This document shows positions 1-8,526 of a stretch of DNA of 64,000 bases, in pieces (the first letter of the stretch is position 1; each line of letters opens with the position of its first letter). The stretch comes from a virus. The notes beneath the pieces are model-generated. The model worked only from the letters and a program-made list of their open reading frames with translations, did not search any database and was not told the origin of the DNA. The position numbers and the translations under genes were made by a program. The stretch is taken from IMG/VR virus record IMGVR_UViG_3300046170_000391; one strand, given 5' to 3'.

Positions 1-573
1 CCAAGTAACCAAGAAAACACTGAAACCAATATTAAATTACTTAAATATTTAATAAGAGAAAAACATTGGTCACCATTTGAGATGGTAAGTGTGTGTTTAG
101 AGATTACTACTACTCGTGATATCGCTAGACAAATACTAAGACACAGATCGTTTTCCTTTCAAGAGTTTAGTCAAAGATACGCTAATCCAATAGAGGATTT
201 AAAATCTGTTAGAAGAGAGGCTAGACTCCAAGATACTGAGAACCGACAAAATTCAATTGATGTAGATGACAGTAAACTTCAACAATCTTGGACTAGCCAA
301 CAAGATCTCGTATGGCTTCAAGCAGTTAAAGCTTATAATTGGGCTATTGAGCGAGGAATTGCAAAAGAACAAGCACGGGCGGTGTTGCCAGAAGGATTGA
401 TAGAATCAAGATTATATGTTAATGGTACTCTTAGATCGTGGCTACACTATATAGATTTAAGAGAAAAGAACGGCACTCAAAAAGAACATATGGAAATAGC
501 TAGAGCATGTGCTGAAGTTATTACTAAAATATTTCCAATGGGTGAAAGTTATCTAGCTCCTCCAAAAAAATGA
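1..573 (+). CDS. thyX: Flavin-dependent thymidylate synthase ThyX (5'-truncated by window edge)
   Basis: Frame open from base 1 (…KHWSPFEM). Carries the ThyX motif RHRSFSFQEFSQRY, plus EQARAVLP, GTLRSWLHYIDLR and TQKEH. Confidence 0.97.
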   Translation, partial: PSNQENTETNIKLLKYLIREKHWSPFEMVSVCLEITTTRDIARQILRHRSFSFQEFSQRYANPIEDLKSVRREARLQDTENRQNSIDVDDSKLQQSWTSQQDLVWLQAVKAYNWAIERGIAKEQARAVLPEGLIESRLYVNGTLRSWLHYIDLREKNGTQKEHMEIARACAEVITKIFPMGESYLAPPKK

Positions 574-1685
574 CAATAGGATTTTTAACTCAATATTATA
601 GAGGACTTGGACACTCTCAAAGGATAAAGTTTATTGCAGAAGAAACTGCTAAACACGCTGAAGTTATTATTATGGATCAGCTATTTAGGCCTCCTATTCA
701 GTACAAAGTGCCGCACATTGCTTTTCTAAAAGATTACAAGCCTCCTACGCTAAGTAATATGTTTCAATTTATTCAACAAGATTTGATGATTAGTTTTAGG
801 ATAAAACAGTTTATCGAGTGCTTAGAAAAATATAATATTACTACATTAGTTTGTGAGGGATTTCCTTTCTGTAGACATCAATTTGCCCATGAATATTTTA
901 CTTATTTTGAAGAATGTAAGAAAAGAAATATTAAGATAATTATATCAATAAGGGACTTTCCTTGGGACGAACCTCATAGCATTTCCCTCACAGATTGGGT
1001 TCTTCACACTCAAAATACAGTATGTAAATATTTTGCTCACACGGTTCTTGTGCATGGTGATCCTAACATTCTACCATTAATTAGTGATAGAACAAGGCAT
1101 GCTAATTCAAAGCAAGTGATTGATTTTTTGAAAGAAAAGATAGTCTATACAGGATATGTATGCGACGAAAGCGTGCCTATGCACTCCCGTAAAAATAATA
1201 ACATATTTATCAGCACAGGACTTAATAAGGAAGAATCATTTATACTTTTTAAGGCTGTTGCTACTATTGCTAAAAACTTTCCAGAATACAATTTTATAAT
1301 GCCTGTAGCTAATAGGTATAGAGACATACCCAGTATGAAAAATAAGAATATATACCTTGTTGAGTATGTACCAGAATTGAGAAATAAATTAATTGATTGT
1401 GCTGCTTATATTACTTATGGAGGTTACAATGCGACTGTAGAGATATTGAAAAGTAAAATTCCCTCTATAATAATACCTAGAAAAGATGGAAAAAAACTAG
1501 AACAATATATACGGGCATATGCTTTCGAACCCTATGGGTTCTTTAAAGTTTTGAATAACAGCGAATTCAACTTACTTGAAGATACTCTACGTAGTGTGCT
1601 AAATAACGAACCAAAAGAATTTTATTTTGATTTAGAAGGCACTACTAACTCTGCAAAGGAAATAATTAAAATTTATAATGAGTGA
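570..1685 (+). CDS. GT-B fold glycosyltransferase (GT28 C-terminal-like)
   Basis: N-terminal GLGH motif, EGFPF and HGD motifs, C-terminal ITYGGYNATVEIL…IIIPR…EQ. Confidence 0.85.
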   Translation: MTIGFLTQYYRGLGHSQRIKFIAEETAKHAEVIIMDQLFRPPIQYKVPHIAFLKDYKPPTLSNMFQFIQQDLMISFRIKQFIECLEKYNITTLVCEGFPFCRHQFAHEYFTYFEECKKRNIKIIISIRDFPWDEPHSISLTDWVLHTQNTVCKYFAHTVLVHGDPNILPLISDRTRHANSKQVIDFLKEKIVYTGYVCDESVPMHSRKNNNIFISTGLNKEESFILFKAVATIAKNFPEYNFIMPVANRYRDIPSMKNKNIYLVEYVPELRNKLIDCAAYITYGGYNATVEILKSKIPSIIIPRKDGKKLEQYIRAYAFEPYGFFKVLNNSEFNLLEDTLRSVLNNEPKEFYFDLEGTTNSAKEIIKIYNE

Positions 1686-2310
1686 CAAAATAGATTTAAA
1701 GAGTGTTTATTCTGACAAGCAGGCTATATGGAAGACTTTAGTTATTAGGGGTGAACTTGAGCTTATCAAACAACACTCACTAAAAGCTGATGAACTAATT
1801 CATGTAAGTAATGATATTAATATTAATAGGTCTCTTGGTTTATACAGAGCAGCAGAAACTAATGCATGGATTTATAAAACTCTTTCAGAACAGAAAAAAC
1901 TAAGATTATTTAATACCTGTAATAACTTAGTAATGGTAGGCGCAGGTATGTACCCTTATTCAATGTTTGATATACATAAAAAACATAAACATATCAAACA
2001 AGTAGGATTAGAGATTGACAAAAATAGAGCAGCCGTATCTCAAAAGATAGTAACACATAGCCCTGCTCGAAATGAGATTACTATTTTGAATTGTGATGGT
2101 GCTGAATATGATTATTCATATTTAGGAGATAATGATTTAATTTTTATCTCATGTGACGTAGACGCAAAAAACATTCTAAAAACCGTCGCAAAAACAAGTA
2201 AGGCGCACTTTTTTATTTGTGCGCCTTATAAAGGTTCTTGGGTTAGAAGCTTGCTCTTAGATCTTGGTATCAGTTATGATAAAAATAGTGGTCATATTGT
2301 TAAATATTAA
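1678..2310 (+). CDS. Class I SAM-dependent enzyme, nicotianamine synthase/CntL-like
   Basis: VMVGAGMYPYS resembles NAS-family xxIGSGPLPxT. Acidic GLEID motif II followed by DG and DLIFIS. Confidence 0.55.
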   Translation: MSDKIDLKSVYSDKQAIWKTLVIRGELELIKQHSLKADELIHVSNDININRSLGLYRAAETNAWIYKTLSEQKKLRLFNTCNNLVMVGAGMYPYSMFDIHKKHKHIKQVGLEIDKNRAAVSQKIVTHSPARNEITILNCDGAEYDYSYLGDNDLIFISCDVDAKNILKTVAKTSKAHFFICAPYKGSWVRSLLLDLGISYDKNSGHIVKY

Positions 2311-2421
2311 TTACTTTTTACCATATAATTGTTTTAGACTAATTTTCTCTTTTTTCTTAAGAGTTTTCTTTTTCTTTTTTACTTTAGGCATCGAACGCTG
2401 AAATACTTCAGGAACTATCAT
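2311..2421 (-). CDS. Very basic 36-aa peptide (not in ORF track)
   Basis: Reads MIVPEVFQRSMPKVKKKKKTLKKKEKISLKQLYGKK. ATG overlaps the upstream stop (TAATG). Confidence 0.55.
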   Translation of the reverse strand: MIVPEVFQRSMPKVKKKKKTLKKKEKISLKQLYGKK

Positions 2422-2615
2422 TATTTTACTGTTTTAACCGACTGAGAGTTAGGATTTTTGATCTCTTTAATGGTCAAGTTATGCCCAGTACGATAGTGTT
2501 CAAGGGTTTCACGTTTTTTTGCAGGGTCATATTCTTCACGCAAACCGTAACGATTGTCCCCAATCGTTACAGATTTACCTTCTCGCATTTCGACACCTGA
2601 AATGGACTTAGCCAT
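2421..2615 (-). CDS. Hypothetical late protein
   Basis: TAATG coupling with neighbours in the late operon. Confidence 0.7.
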   Translation of the reverse strand: MAKSISGVEMREGKSVTIGDNRYGLREEYDPAKKRETLEHYRTGHNLTIKEIKNPNSQSVKTVK

Positions 2616-2887
2616 TACTTCATATCCTTAATGACTCTTCCGCCCATACCTTTAGTGACATCTTCAGAAGCTGAGTTAACACCTTTTGAAATAGCACCAC
2701 GAGCGCCTGGGGTATTATCACCAGTGCGTAGGTTACCGTAATGCTTTGGGGCACGCATATCTGCGCTCCATGCACCACCATCTGACCCATTAGCGGTTTT
2801 TTTTGAGCCTTCTGCGGCTGCAAACGGAGTTGCAGCTGCGGCTGCGCCCTCCATTGGTTGTTTAGCAGATTTACTAATCATTGCCAT
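2615..2887 (-). CDS. Hypothetical Ala/Gly-rich late protein
   Basis: SD GAGGAG upstream; coupled to the downstream gene. Confidence 0.75.
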   Translation of the reverse strand: MAMISKSAKQPMEGAAAAATPFAAAEGSKKTANGSDGGAWSADMRAPKHYGNLRTGDNTPGARGAISKGVNSASEDVTKGMGGRVIKDMK

Positions 2888-2909
2888 GTTTCATTCTCCT
2901 CTTCTAAAA

Positions 2910-3524
2910 TTAGCTAATTAAAGCTGTTACTGTTTCAGTCATATTACCGACATTAGCACCACCTGTTGAAGCTACAACAGTTGCAGTGATTGTTGGACTA
3001 CCTGTGCCAACGACACGGGTGTGCTCACCTGCACCAAGACGACTGTAGTTAATCTCAACGTTTGCATTTGCTGCAATACCTGAGTTAACGCCTGTACCGT
3101 CACAGAAGCTCATTTCAACAGCTTTTGTAGTGGTCATTTGAGCCAGTGTACCAAAGTGGTTAACAGCTGATTCAGCGTTTGTAAATTTACAGTTCTCGAA
3201 CAACAGTGTACAAGAACCAATTCCAGTTTTAGTTACATTAAAGGTGTTAGATGTTTTAGCAGCGTCTGAACCCTGGAATGTAATGTTTTTAAATGAGATA
3301 ACACCTGATGAGGTATTAGCAATAGTCATGTCACCATCAATGATGATTTCGTCGGGGTCTCCGACACCTACAAATGCATAGTCAGAAGCGCTAAGTGCTG
3401 TAGGGGCTGTGTAAGTACCTGGGAACATCAACACACCGTTGTTGCCCTGAGTTAGATCAGCAGCAGCAATGTCAGTGATAGAAGCTGCGTACCCGTCGAT
3501 ACCACGTTTATCAAAAGTAGCCAT
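2910..3524 (-). CDS. Putative virion protein with pectin-lyase-like beta-helix character
   Basis: PGTY, FKNITF and FENCKF beta-helix patterns; own promoter and strong SD (AAGGAG). Confidence 0.55.
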   Translation of the reverse strand: MATFDKRGIDGYAASITDIAAADLTQGNNGVLMFPGTYTAPTALSASDYAFVGVGDPDEIIIDGDMTIANTSSGVISFKNITFQGSDAAKTSNTFNVTKTGIGSCTLLFENCKFTNAESAVNHFGTLAQMTTTKAVEMSFCDGTGVNSGIAANANVEINYSRLGAGEHTRVVGTGSPTITATVVASTGGANVGNMTETVTALIS

Positions 3525-3560
3525 AGTTTTTTCTCCTTAAGAAAAGATTATTTATGATTG

Positions 3561-3589
3561 ATTGTCACAAATATCTGTATATATGTCAA
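3561..3589 (-). promoter_or_regulatory. sigma70-type promoter TTGACA-17-GACAAT (extended -10 TG)
   Basis: Reverse strand reads ttgaca tatatacagatatttgt gacaat upstream of 2910..3524. Confidence 0.7.
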
Positions 3590-3592
3590 AAT

Positions 3593-3796
3593 TTATTTAT
3601 TCTTTTTCCTAAGAGGTTTACCCGCCGCACGGAGAGCTATTGCTACCGCTTGACGACGCTGTGCCTCTTTAGGCGTAATACCCATACGTTTGGCTAAAGT
3701 CCGGACGCCCTTAGCACGAGCTTTTGAAGGTTTTTTCATAAGCTCCTTAATATTTGAAGAAACTGTTTTTTGTGATTTACCACGTTTAAGAGGCAT
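3593..3796 (-). CDS. Small basic protein (MPLKRGKSQKTVSSNI…QAVAIAL family)
   Basis: Widespread phage small-protein motif MPLKxGxSxKxxSxNI…QAVAIA. Confidence 0.75.
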   Translation of the reverse strand: MPLKRGKSQKTVSSNIKELMKKPSKARAKGVRTLAKRMGITPKEAQRRQAVAIALRAAGKPLRKKNK

Positions 3797-4388
3797 TCAT
3801 CATTCTCACAGATGGAGGAGTCATGTCGTCACCCTCTTCATCTTCTTCTTGTTCCGTATTTGCTAGTTCTTTCATTTTTGCCATGTGAACATCTTCTACA
3901 TAAGCATGTTCATCTACCATATTCATTTCTTCTGCTAATTCCATAATCATATCAGTATAGTGTTGAGCCTTATCAACCTGATCTTCAGTTGCCATATTAG
4001 CTGCAATTGCTTTTTTCTCTACCTTGAATAGCATGTCATGAAGCATAGCGGATTCTATAGCTTCATCTGATGCTTCAATATCTTTGTATAGAGCCACAGC
4101 TGATGGACAAATATCAAAATGCTTACTCTTAAAATCTCCTACTACAACTTGGTCTGTTGGAACTTCTGCTGTTTCAGACTCAGGCATTGGCATATCAGTG
4201 GAATATACTAAATAATCACGGGCTCCATTCATCATAGCAGAACATTTAGCAAGTTTGTTAGTCCACCAAGTTGGAAGTGATGCTTCCATATCACTAGGAA
4301 GTGAATCTATAATATCGTTTGCATCTTCGATAATAGTCTTACACATTCTGCGTGAAGAAGCTACATCAGTATGTCCATCTTTTTTCAT
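3786..4388 (-). CDS. Acidic hypothetical protein
   Basis: 200-aa ORF overlapping its neighbours in the late operon. Confidence 0.75.
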   Translation of the reverse strand: MKKDGHTDVASSRRMCKTIIEDANDIIDSLPSDMEASLPTWWTNKLAKCSAMMNGARDYLVYSTDMPMPESETAEVPTDQVVVGDFKSKHFDICPSAVALYKDIEASDEAIESAMLHDMLFKVEKKAIAANMATEDQVDKAQHYTDMIMELAEEMNMVDEHAYVEDVHMAKMKELANTEQEEDEEGDDMTPPSVRMMNAS

Positions 4389-4621
4389 TTGCGTTTCCTT
4401 TTAAATCCTATCGGCTTGGAATATTTAATAGGATACCCAAGCGAACGTTCTTTATTAATAAATTTCTCTAGTGTAGAATAACCCAATTTGCCACTGGTGG
4501 CAAGTTTTCTAATTCGTTCATTACGGCGTATACCCTGATTTGGGAATCTTAAAAACTTAAATTTTCCAACTTTGCGTAGTACTTTAGGTTTCATATGTTG
4601 TATTTTGAGCATAGGCGTCAA
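4385..4621 (-). CDS. Small basic hypothetical protein
   Basis: K/R-rich ORF coupled to neighbours; true start may be the internal MKPK. Confidence 0.6.
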   Translation of the reverse strand: MTPMLKIQHMKPKVLRKVGKFKFLRFPNQGIRRNERIRKLATSGKLGYSTLEKFINKERSLGYPIKYSKPIGFKRKRK

Positions 4622-5582
4622 AAACAGTTTTCTCTCCTGTTTTCAAATTTTGCTCTTCCTTTTCTATTGAAGATATAAGTTTACCACACTGTGATTTACA
4701 CAATTTAAAAGAGCGATCATATCCTTGTAAAAAATTTTGTAACTTATTCCAGTAATCATAACTTAAAATCTTTTCCATGGGAACATGAAAACCGTTAAAC
4801 ATCTGTTCAAACTTAGGAGGATAATAAAAACGATCTCCAGATTTTTCATCATAGTAATGACCACCAGTCCAGCAACACCTAAAAACTAATCCTTCAGGCG
4901 AGACATACCATTTACCCCAATCATCCCATACACATCTGATTACCCTTTCAGCTTTTTCTAAGGCCTCAGTCTTTTTCGCATGAACAAATTTGCCAGATTT
5001 AGGGGCGAATACGTCACGAGAAGTTTTAACTGTAGAAAAAGTGGTAAAACCAGAATCCTTAGCAAGTTTTTTTGCTTCGTCCACTTGATGCTTATTGTGC
5101 TCAAATACGATGTATTTCCAATGTACTTGAGGACGTTGTGTAGCTATAACCGACTTAGCATTTGCTAACACTTTTTCAAACTTTGTATTAATGCGATATT
5201 TTGAATGTGTATCAGCTAAACCGTCTAAATCAAAGTTTATAATGTCTTCATTTGTTAAAATATTTCCCACCTCTGTCCAATAATCATGACCGTGTACCCC
5301 ACCGTTTGTGTGTATTTTAATCTTAGTACCTTGTGACTTAACGTAGGATATGATTTTTCTAAAATCTTTATTCATAATAGAATCACCAAAATTACCATTA
5401 AACAGTAACCACTCTACATTTTGTAGAAGTTCAGGGTAAAAAAGTTTTTGAAAGTTTTCATATGTGATTGTGTGCTGTTTATCATTTAGGTCAACGCGAA
5501 GCGGTTTCCAACGGTGACATGCAGGGCAACGAGCATTACATCTAAAAGTAAGTTCTGTAGTTAATTGTCGGTATTTTTTCAT
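4584..5582 (-). CDS. Radical SAM enzyme with C-terminal Twitch/SPASM-like Cys cluster
   Basis: CNARCPAC (CxxxCxxC), GNFGD, IHTNG and DG motifs; C-terminal C…CC…CKSQC. Confidence 0.9.
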   Translation of the reverse strand: MKKYRQLTTELTFRCNARCPACHRWKPLRVDLNDKQHTITYENFQKLFYPELLQNVEWLLFNGNFGDSIMNKDFRKIISYVKSQGTKIKIHTNGGVHGHDYWTEVGNILTNEDIINFDLDGLADTHSKYRINTKFEKVLANAKSVIATQRPQVHWKYIVFEHNKHQVDEAKKLAKDSGFTTFSTVKTSRDVFAPKSGKFVHAKKTEALEKAERVIRCVWDDWGKWYVSPEGLVFRCCWTGGHYYDEKSGDRFYYPPKFEQMFNGFHVPMEKILSYDYWNKLQNFLQGYDRSFKLCKSQCGKLISSIEKEEQNLKTGEKTVFDAYAQNTTYET

Positions 5583-6712
5583 TATGCTAAGGTAAATATA
5601 GTTACTACAGTCCCGGAAGGGATAGATACATCTTTAAACTGTATAGAATCATTTGATAGGTGATACACAAATTCAGTATTACCTTGCGTAACTCCATCTA
5701 GACTTACACTTATAACATTAGCATGAGAAGTTATATCACGTCCAGTGAAAAATACATTTGAAGTACCTAGTGCCGAGTTAACATTAGTAAAAGGTGTCAT
5801 CTCTGTCGAAGATGCAACATTATCATTTACTACATTAATATTAGCATTAAGGCGTGTAAATGTGATAAAATCATTTGAAGCAGCGACAGCTACGTTAGTT
5901 ACACGTCTTGCTTCCACAGCCGTGGTTAATGTGTTATTGGCATCAATTCTAGCCTGTAAAGCGGCAACATTATCAGTAATAGAAGTACTAAGATCAGCAC
6001 CATTATAGTTAACAGTTGTAGCTGAAAGTATACCTACAGTAATATTACTTAAAGTTACTGCGGATAACGCAGTATTAGAAGGGGGATCTTGCGTGTCTGC
6101 TACAGTAAAGGATTTAGCAGATTCATCGTAAAAAAAGGCTGCATTACCTTGATTTCCGCGATTAAATAATATACCTACATCAGCAGAAGGGGAGCCTGTA
6201 GACCCTTCATTCAACATTATCATACGATCTTCTACGGTAAGGCTGGTAGAATCAACAACAGTCTGATCACCATTAATTGTTAAATTACCTTGAATGATTA
6301 AATCATCATTCATTGTTACCTCACCAGTAAAAACCGTCCCGTCTATGATGCCTGCTATATTATCTTGTAGGATATCAAGATTAGCATTTAATCGTGTATA
6401 TGTAATCAGGTCATTAGAAGCTGCAAGTAAAGTATTAGCAGCTATGCGAACTTGTAAAGCTGTGTCTGCTGCGGTTAGGGACGTCACGTTACTAGCTCGT
6501 CTTGTTTCAATAGCATCCGCATTTGCATCTAGCACATTAAGGTTAGCATTTATACGAGTTTCAAGAGATTGGGTATTGGCTGAAGAGCCTAGATGTTGTA
6601 GTTGAATAATAGAGTTTGCAAAGTGTCTAGCCGACAAAGATCCATTAGCTAATTTCTCAGCAGAAATTGCATTTGATCCTACAACGGTAGATGAAATTCT
6701 TGTAATAGCCAT
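5582..6712 (-). CDS. Fibre-like structural protein, paralog of 40418..42262
   Basis: Coiled-coil N/T/A-rich repeats and shared VEDRxIML…GSPSADVGxLFNRGNQGNAAxFYDESAK block. Confidence 0.75.
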   Translation of the reverse strand: MAITRISSTVVGSNAISAEKLANGSLSARHFANSIIQLQHLGSSANTQSLETRINANLNVLDANADAIETRRASNVTSLTAADTALQVRIAANTLLAASNDLITYTRLNANLDILQDNIAGIIDGTVFTGEVTMNDDLIIQGNLTINGDQTVVDSTSLTVEDRMIMLNEGSTGSPSADVGILFNRGNQGNAAFFYDESAKSFTVADTQDPPSNTALSAVTLSNITVGILSATTVNYNGADLSTSITDNVAALQARIDANNTLTTAVEARRVTNVAVAASNDFITFTRLNANINVVNDNVASSTEMTPFTNVNSALGTSNVFFTGRDITSHANVISVSLDGVTQGNTEFVYHLSNDSIQFKDVSIPSGTVVTIFTLA

Positions 6713-6720
6713 TTAAACTC

Positions 6721-7296
6721 CTATTTAGGAGGCTCTTCCGCCTCAAGTTCCGCAAAAAATTCTGATAAAAAGTCTTTTTCTTTTAAAGGCTCTTCTTCTA
6801 AATTTTTATCGAAGTGTTCCGCAACAACATCTTTTTTTGGTGAGGAAATAGTATCTTCTTCTTGAACCTCTTCAAAAAACTTTGATAAAAAATCTTCCTG
6901 TTTTACTGGTTCAGAATCTTCATCTTCAAAAAACTCTTTTATAAAATCTTCTACTTGCTCATCAATTGTAGGAGGCTTTAAAAGATCATCATATATAAGA
7001 TCAATACAAACTTTCTTAGTTAGATCTATAGCATATTGCTTATCTTCCTCAGACATAGACTCTACTCTGTCTAAATACTGAACTTCAGTAACTTCCATAG
7101 AACCTCTTTGTTCATAATAAATTCCTATAATTTCACCAGCAATCATTTCTAAAATTTTTGGTTCTTTTTCAGAAATTTTATCAATAGTAAACGATCTTTG
7201 TACTGTTTGACTTTTTTGACCGTCTTTTACTTCTTTATACGTAAAAAATACACGAGCTTGTTGATGCTCATCAATATTAAATTTTATATACTCCAT
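6721..7296 (-). CDS. Acidic protein with repeated DFxxxFFxE motifs
   Basis: DFIKEFFED, DFLSKFFEE and DFLSEFFAE; lies downstream of a tail fibre. Confidence 0.7.
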   Translation of the reverse strand: MEYIKFNIDEHQQARVFFTYKEVKDGQKSQTVQRSFTIDKISEKEPKILEMIAGEIIGIYYEQRGSMEVTEVQYLDRVESMSEEDKQYAIDLTKKVCIDLIYDDLLKPPTIDEQVEDFIKEFFEDEDSEPVKQEDFLSKFFEEVQEEDTISSPKKDVVAEHFDKNLEEEPLKEKDFLSEFFAELEAEEPPK

Positions 7297-7305
7297 TAAT
7301 CCCTC

Positions 7306-8526
7306 TTATGTTTTAATTATAAATTGAGTAACTGTTCTAGGCACGGACAGTGTATGAGTATGCCCTCCGGCAGCAAGATCATTTCCTACTACGTTAGTGG
7401 TACTTGCATCTTTAGCAGAGCTAGAAACCGCCGCAGCTGTATAGCTTAGAGCAGCGGTACTAGACGCAGTTGTTAATGCAGAGGATGCTGCGAAAGTCCC
7501 TCCTTGGCCGCCCCTAGAATTATTAGTACCTGCTCCGAGTAATATCCTATCTCTAGAATCAGGTAAATTAAAAGTACCTGACCCATCACCAACACCATAT
7601 ACTGTGGCAGTTACTGCAAATAAAGCAGCGTAAGTAGTTCTGCTTATGGCACTACCATCACATAATAACCAACCACTAGGAGCAGAAGATCCTGCCCAAG
7701 CTATTATCGATCCAGCTGGAATAAGTACGACTGGACTAGTAGTACCTCCTTGTATTGCTGACTGGGTAGCAAGATTAGCAGCTAACGAAGAGTAATTTCC
7801 TGCCTGGTCCTTTACGTTTAATCCTGCAGTGATACCTGCAGATCCATGAATATGGCCTAAAGAAACATTAGCAGTAGTATTCCTAGTACTAAAACCAATT
7901 GAAGTGTCTGCGGTAGACGTAGAAGAAATTTTAAGTGTTGCGGTAGCTCCCGAACCCCCATCTCCTGACCCAGTGGTAAAATCTGCTTTTTGTAATGTAA
8001 CATTACCGTCTTGTAGTCTATCTGCTGAGATAGATCCCAGCGCAATCATTGTGTTAGTTATTGACCCGTTTGTTGGAGGAATTCCTACGTCAATGAGGTC
8101 TGTCATATTAGTAGCATTGCCTGTTTTTAAGTATAATCTAGCATTACCTGATAAAGCACCAGAATCTGAAGGGGTTGCTACTAATTCACCAATCTCATAA
8201 GATGCGATATTACCAGTGAGTGCGACGATACCGTTTTCAACACGGTTTCCGATACCTACGCGAGTAAAATTACCACCAACAGGAGAAGATTTTTTATGAA
8301 CTGTATCTGATATATAAAGTGCGTTTGTAGTTGCACTTCTAAATAACATGCCATCTTGTTCACCAATTCCTGCACCAGACGCGACTAAATTTAAAGAAAC
8401 AGGAACAGCAGTAGATTTAAAATTAGTTAAGAGAGACCTATTTGCGTTATTCCATTGAGATCTAGCAGAAGATAAAGAAGTACCCCCTGTTGGTTCTACA
8501 TAAGTATTTGAATCTACTAATGACAT
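7306..8526 (-). CDS. Tail fibre protein with tail-collar domain
   Basis: Collar motif PAGSIIAWAGSSAPSGWLLCDGSAISRTTYAALF…FNLPD, an HTH motif and a C-terminal FIIKT. Confidence 0.9.
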   Translation of the reverse strand: MSLVDSNTYVEPTGGTSLSSARSQWNNANRSLLTNFKSTAVPVSLNLVASGAGIGEQDGMLFRSATTNALYISDTVHKKSSPVGGNFTRVGIGNRVENGIVALTGNIASYEIGELVATPSDSGALSGNARLYLKTGNATNMTDLIDVGIPPTNGSITNTMIALGSISADRLQDGNVTLQKADFTTGSGDGGSGATATLKISSTSTADTSIGFSTRNTTANVSLGHIHGSAGITAGLNVKDQAGNYSSLAANLATQSAIQGGTTSPVVLIPAGSIIAWAGSSAPSGWLLCDGSAISRTTYAALFAVTATVYGVGDGSGTFNLPDSRDRILLGAGTNNSRGGQGGTFAASSALTTASSTAALSYTAAAVSSSAKDASTTNVVGNDLAAGGHTHTLSVPRTVTQFIIKT

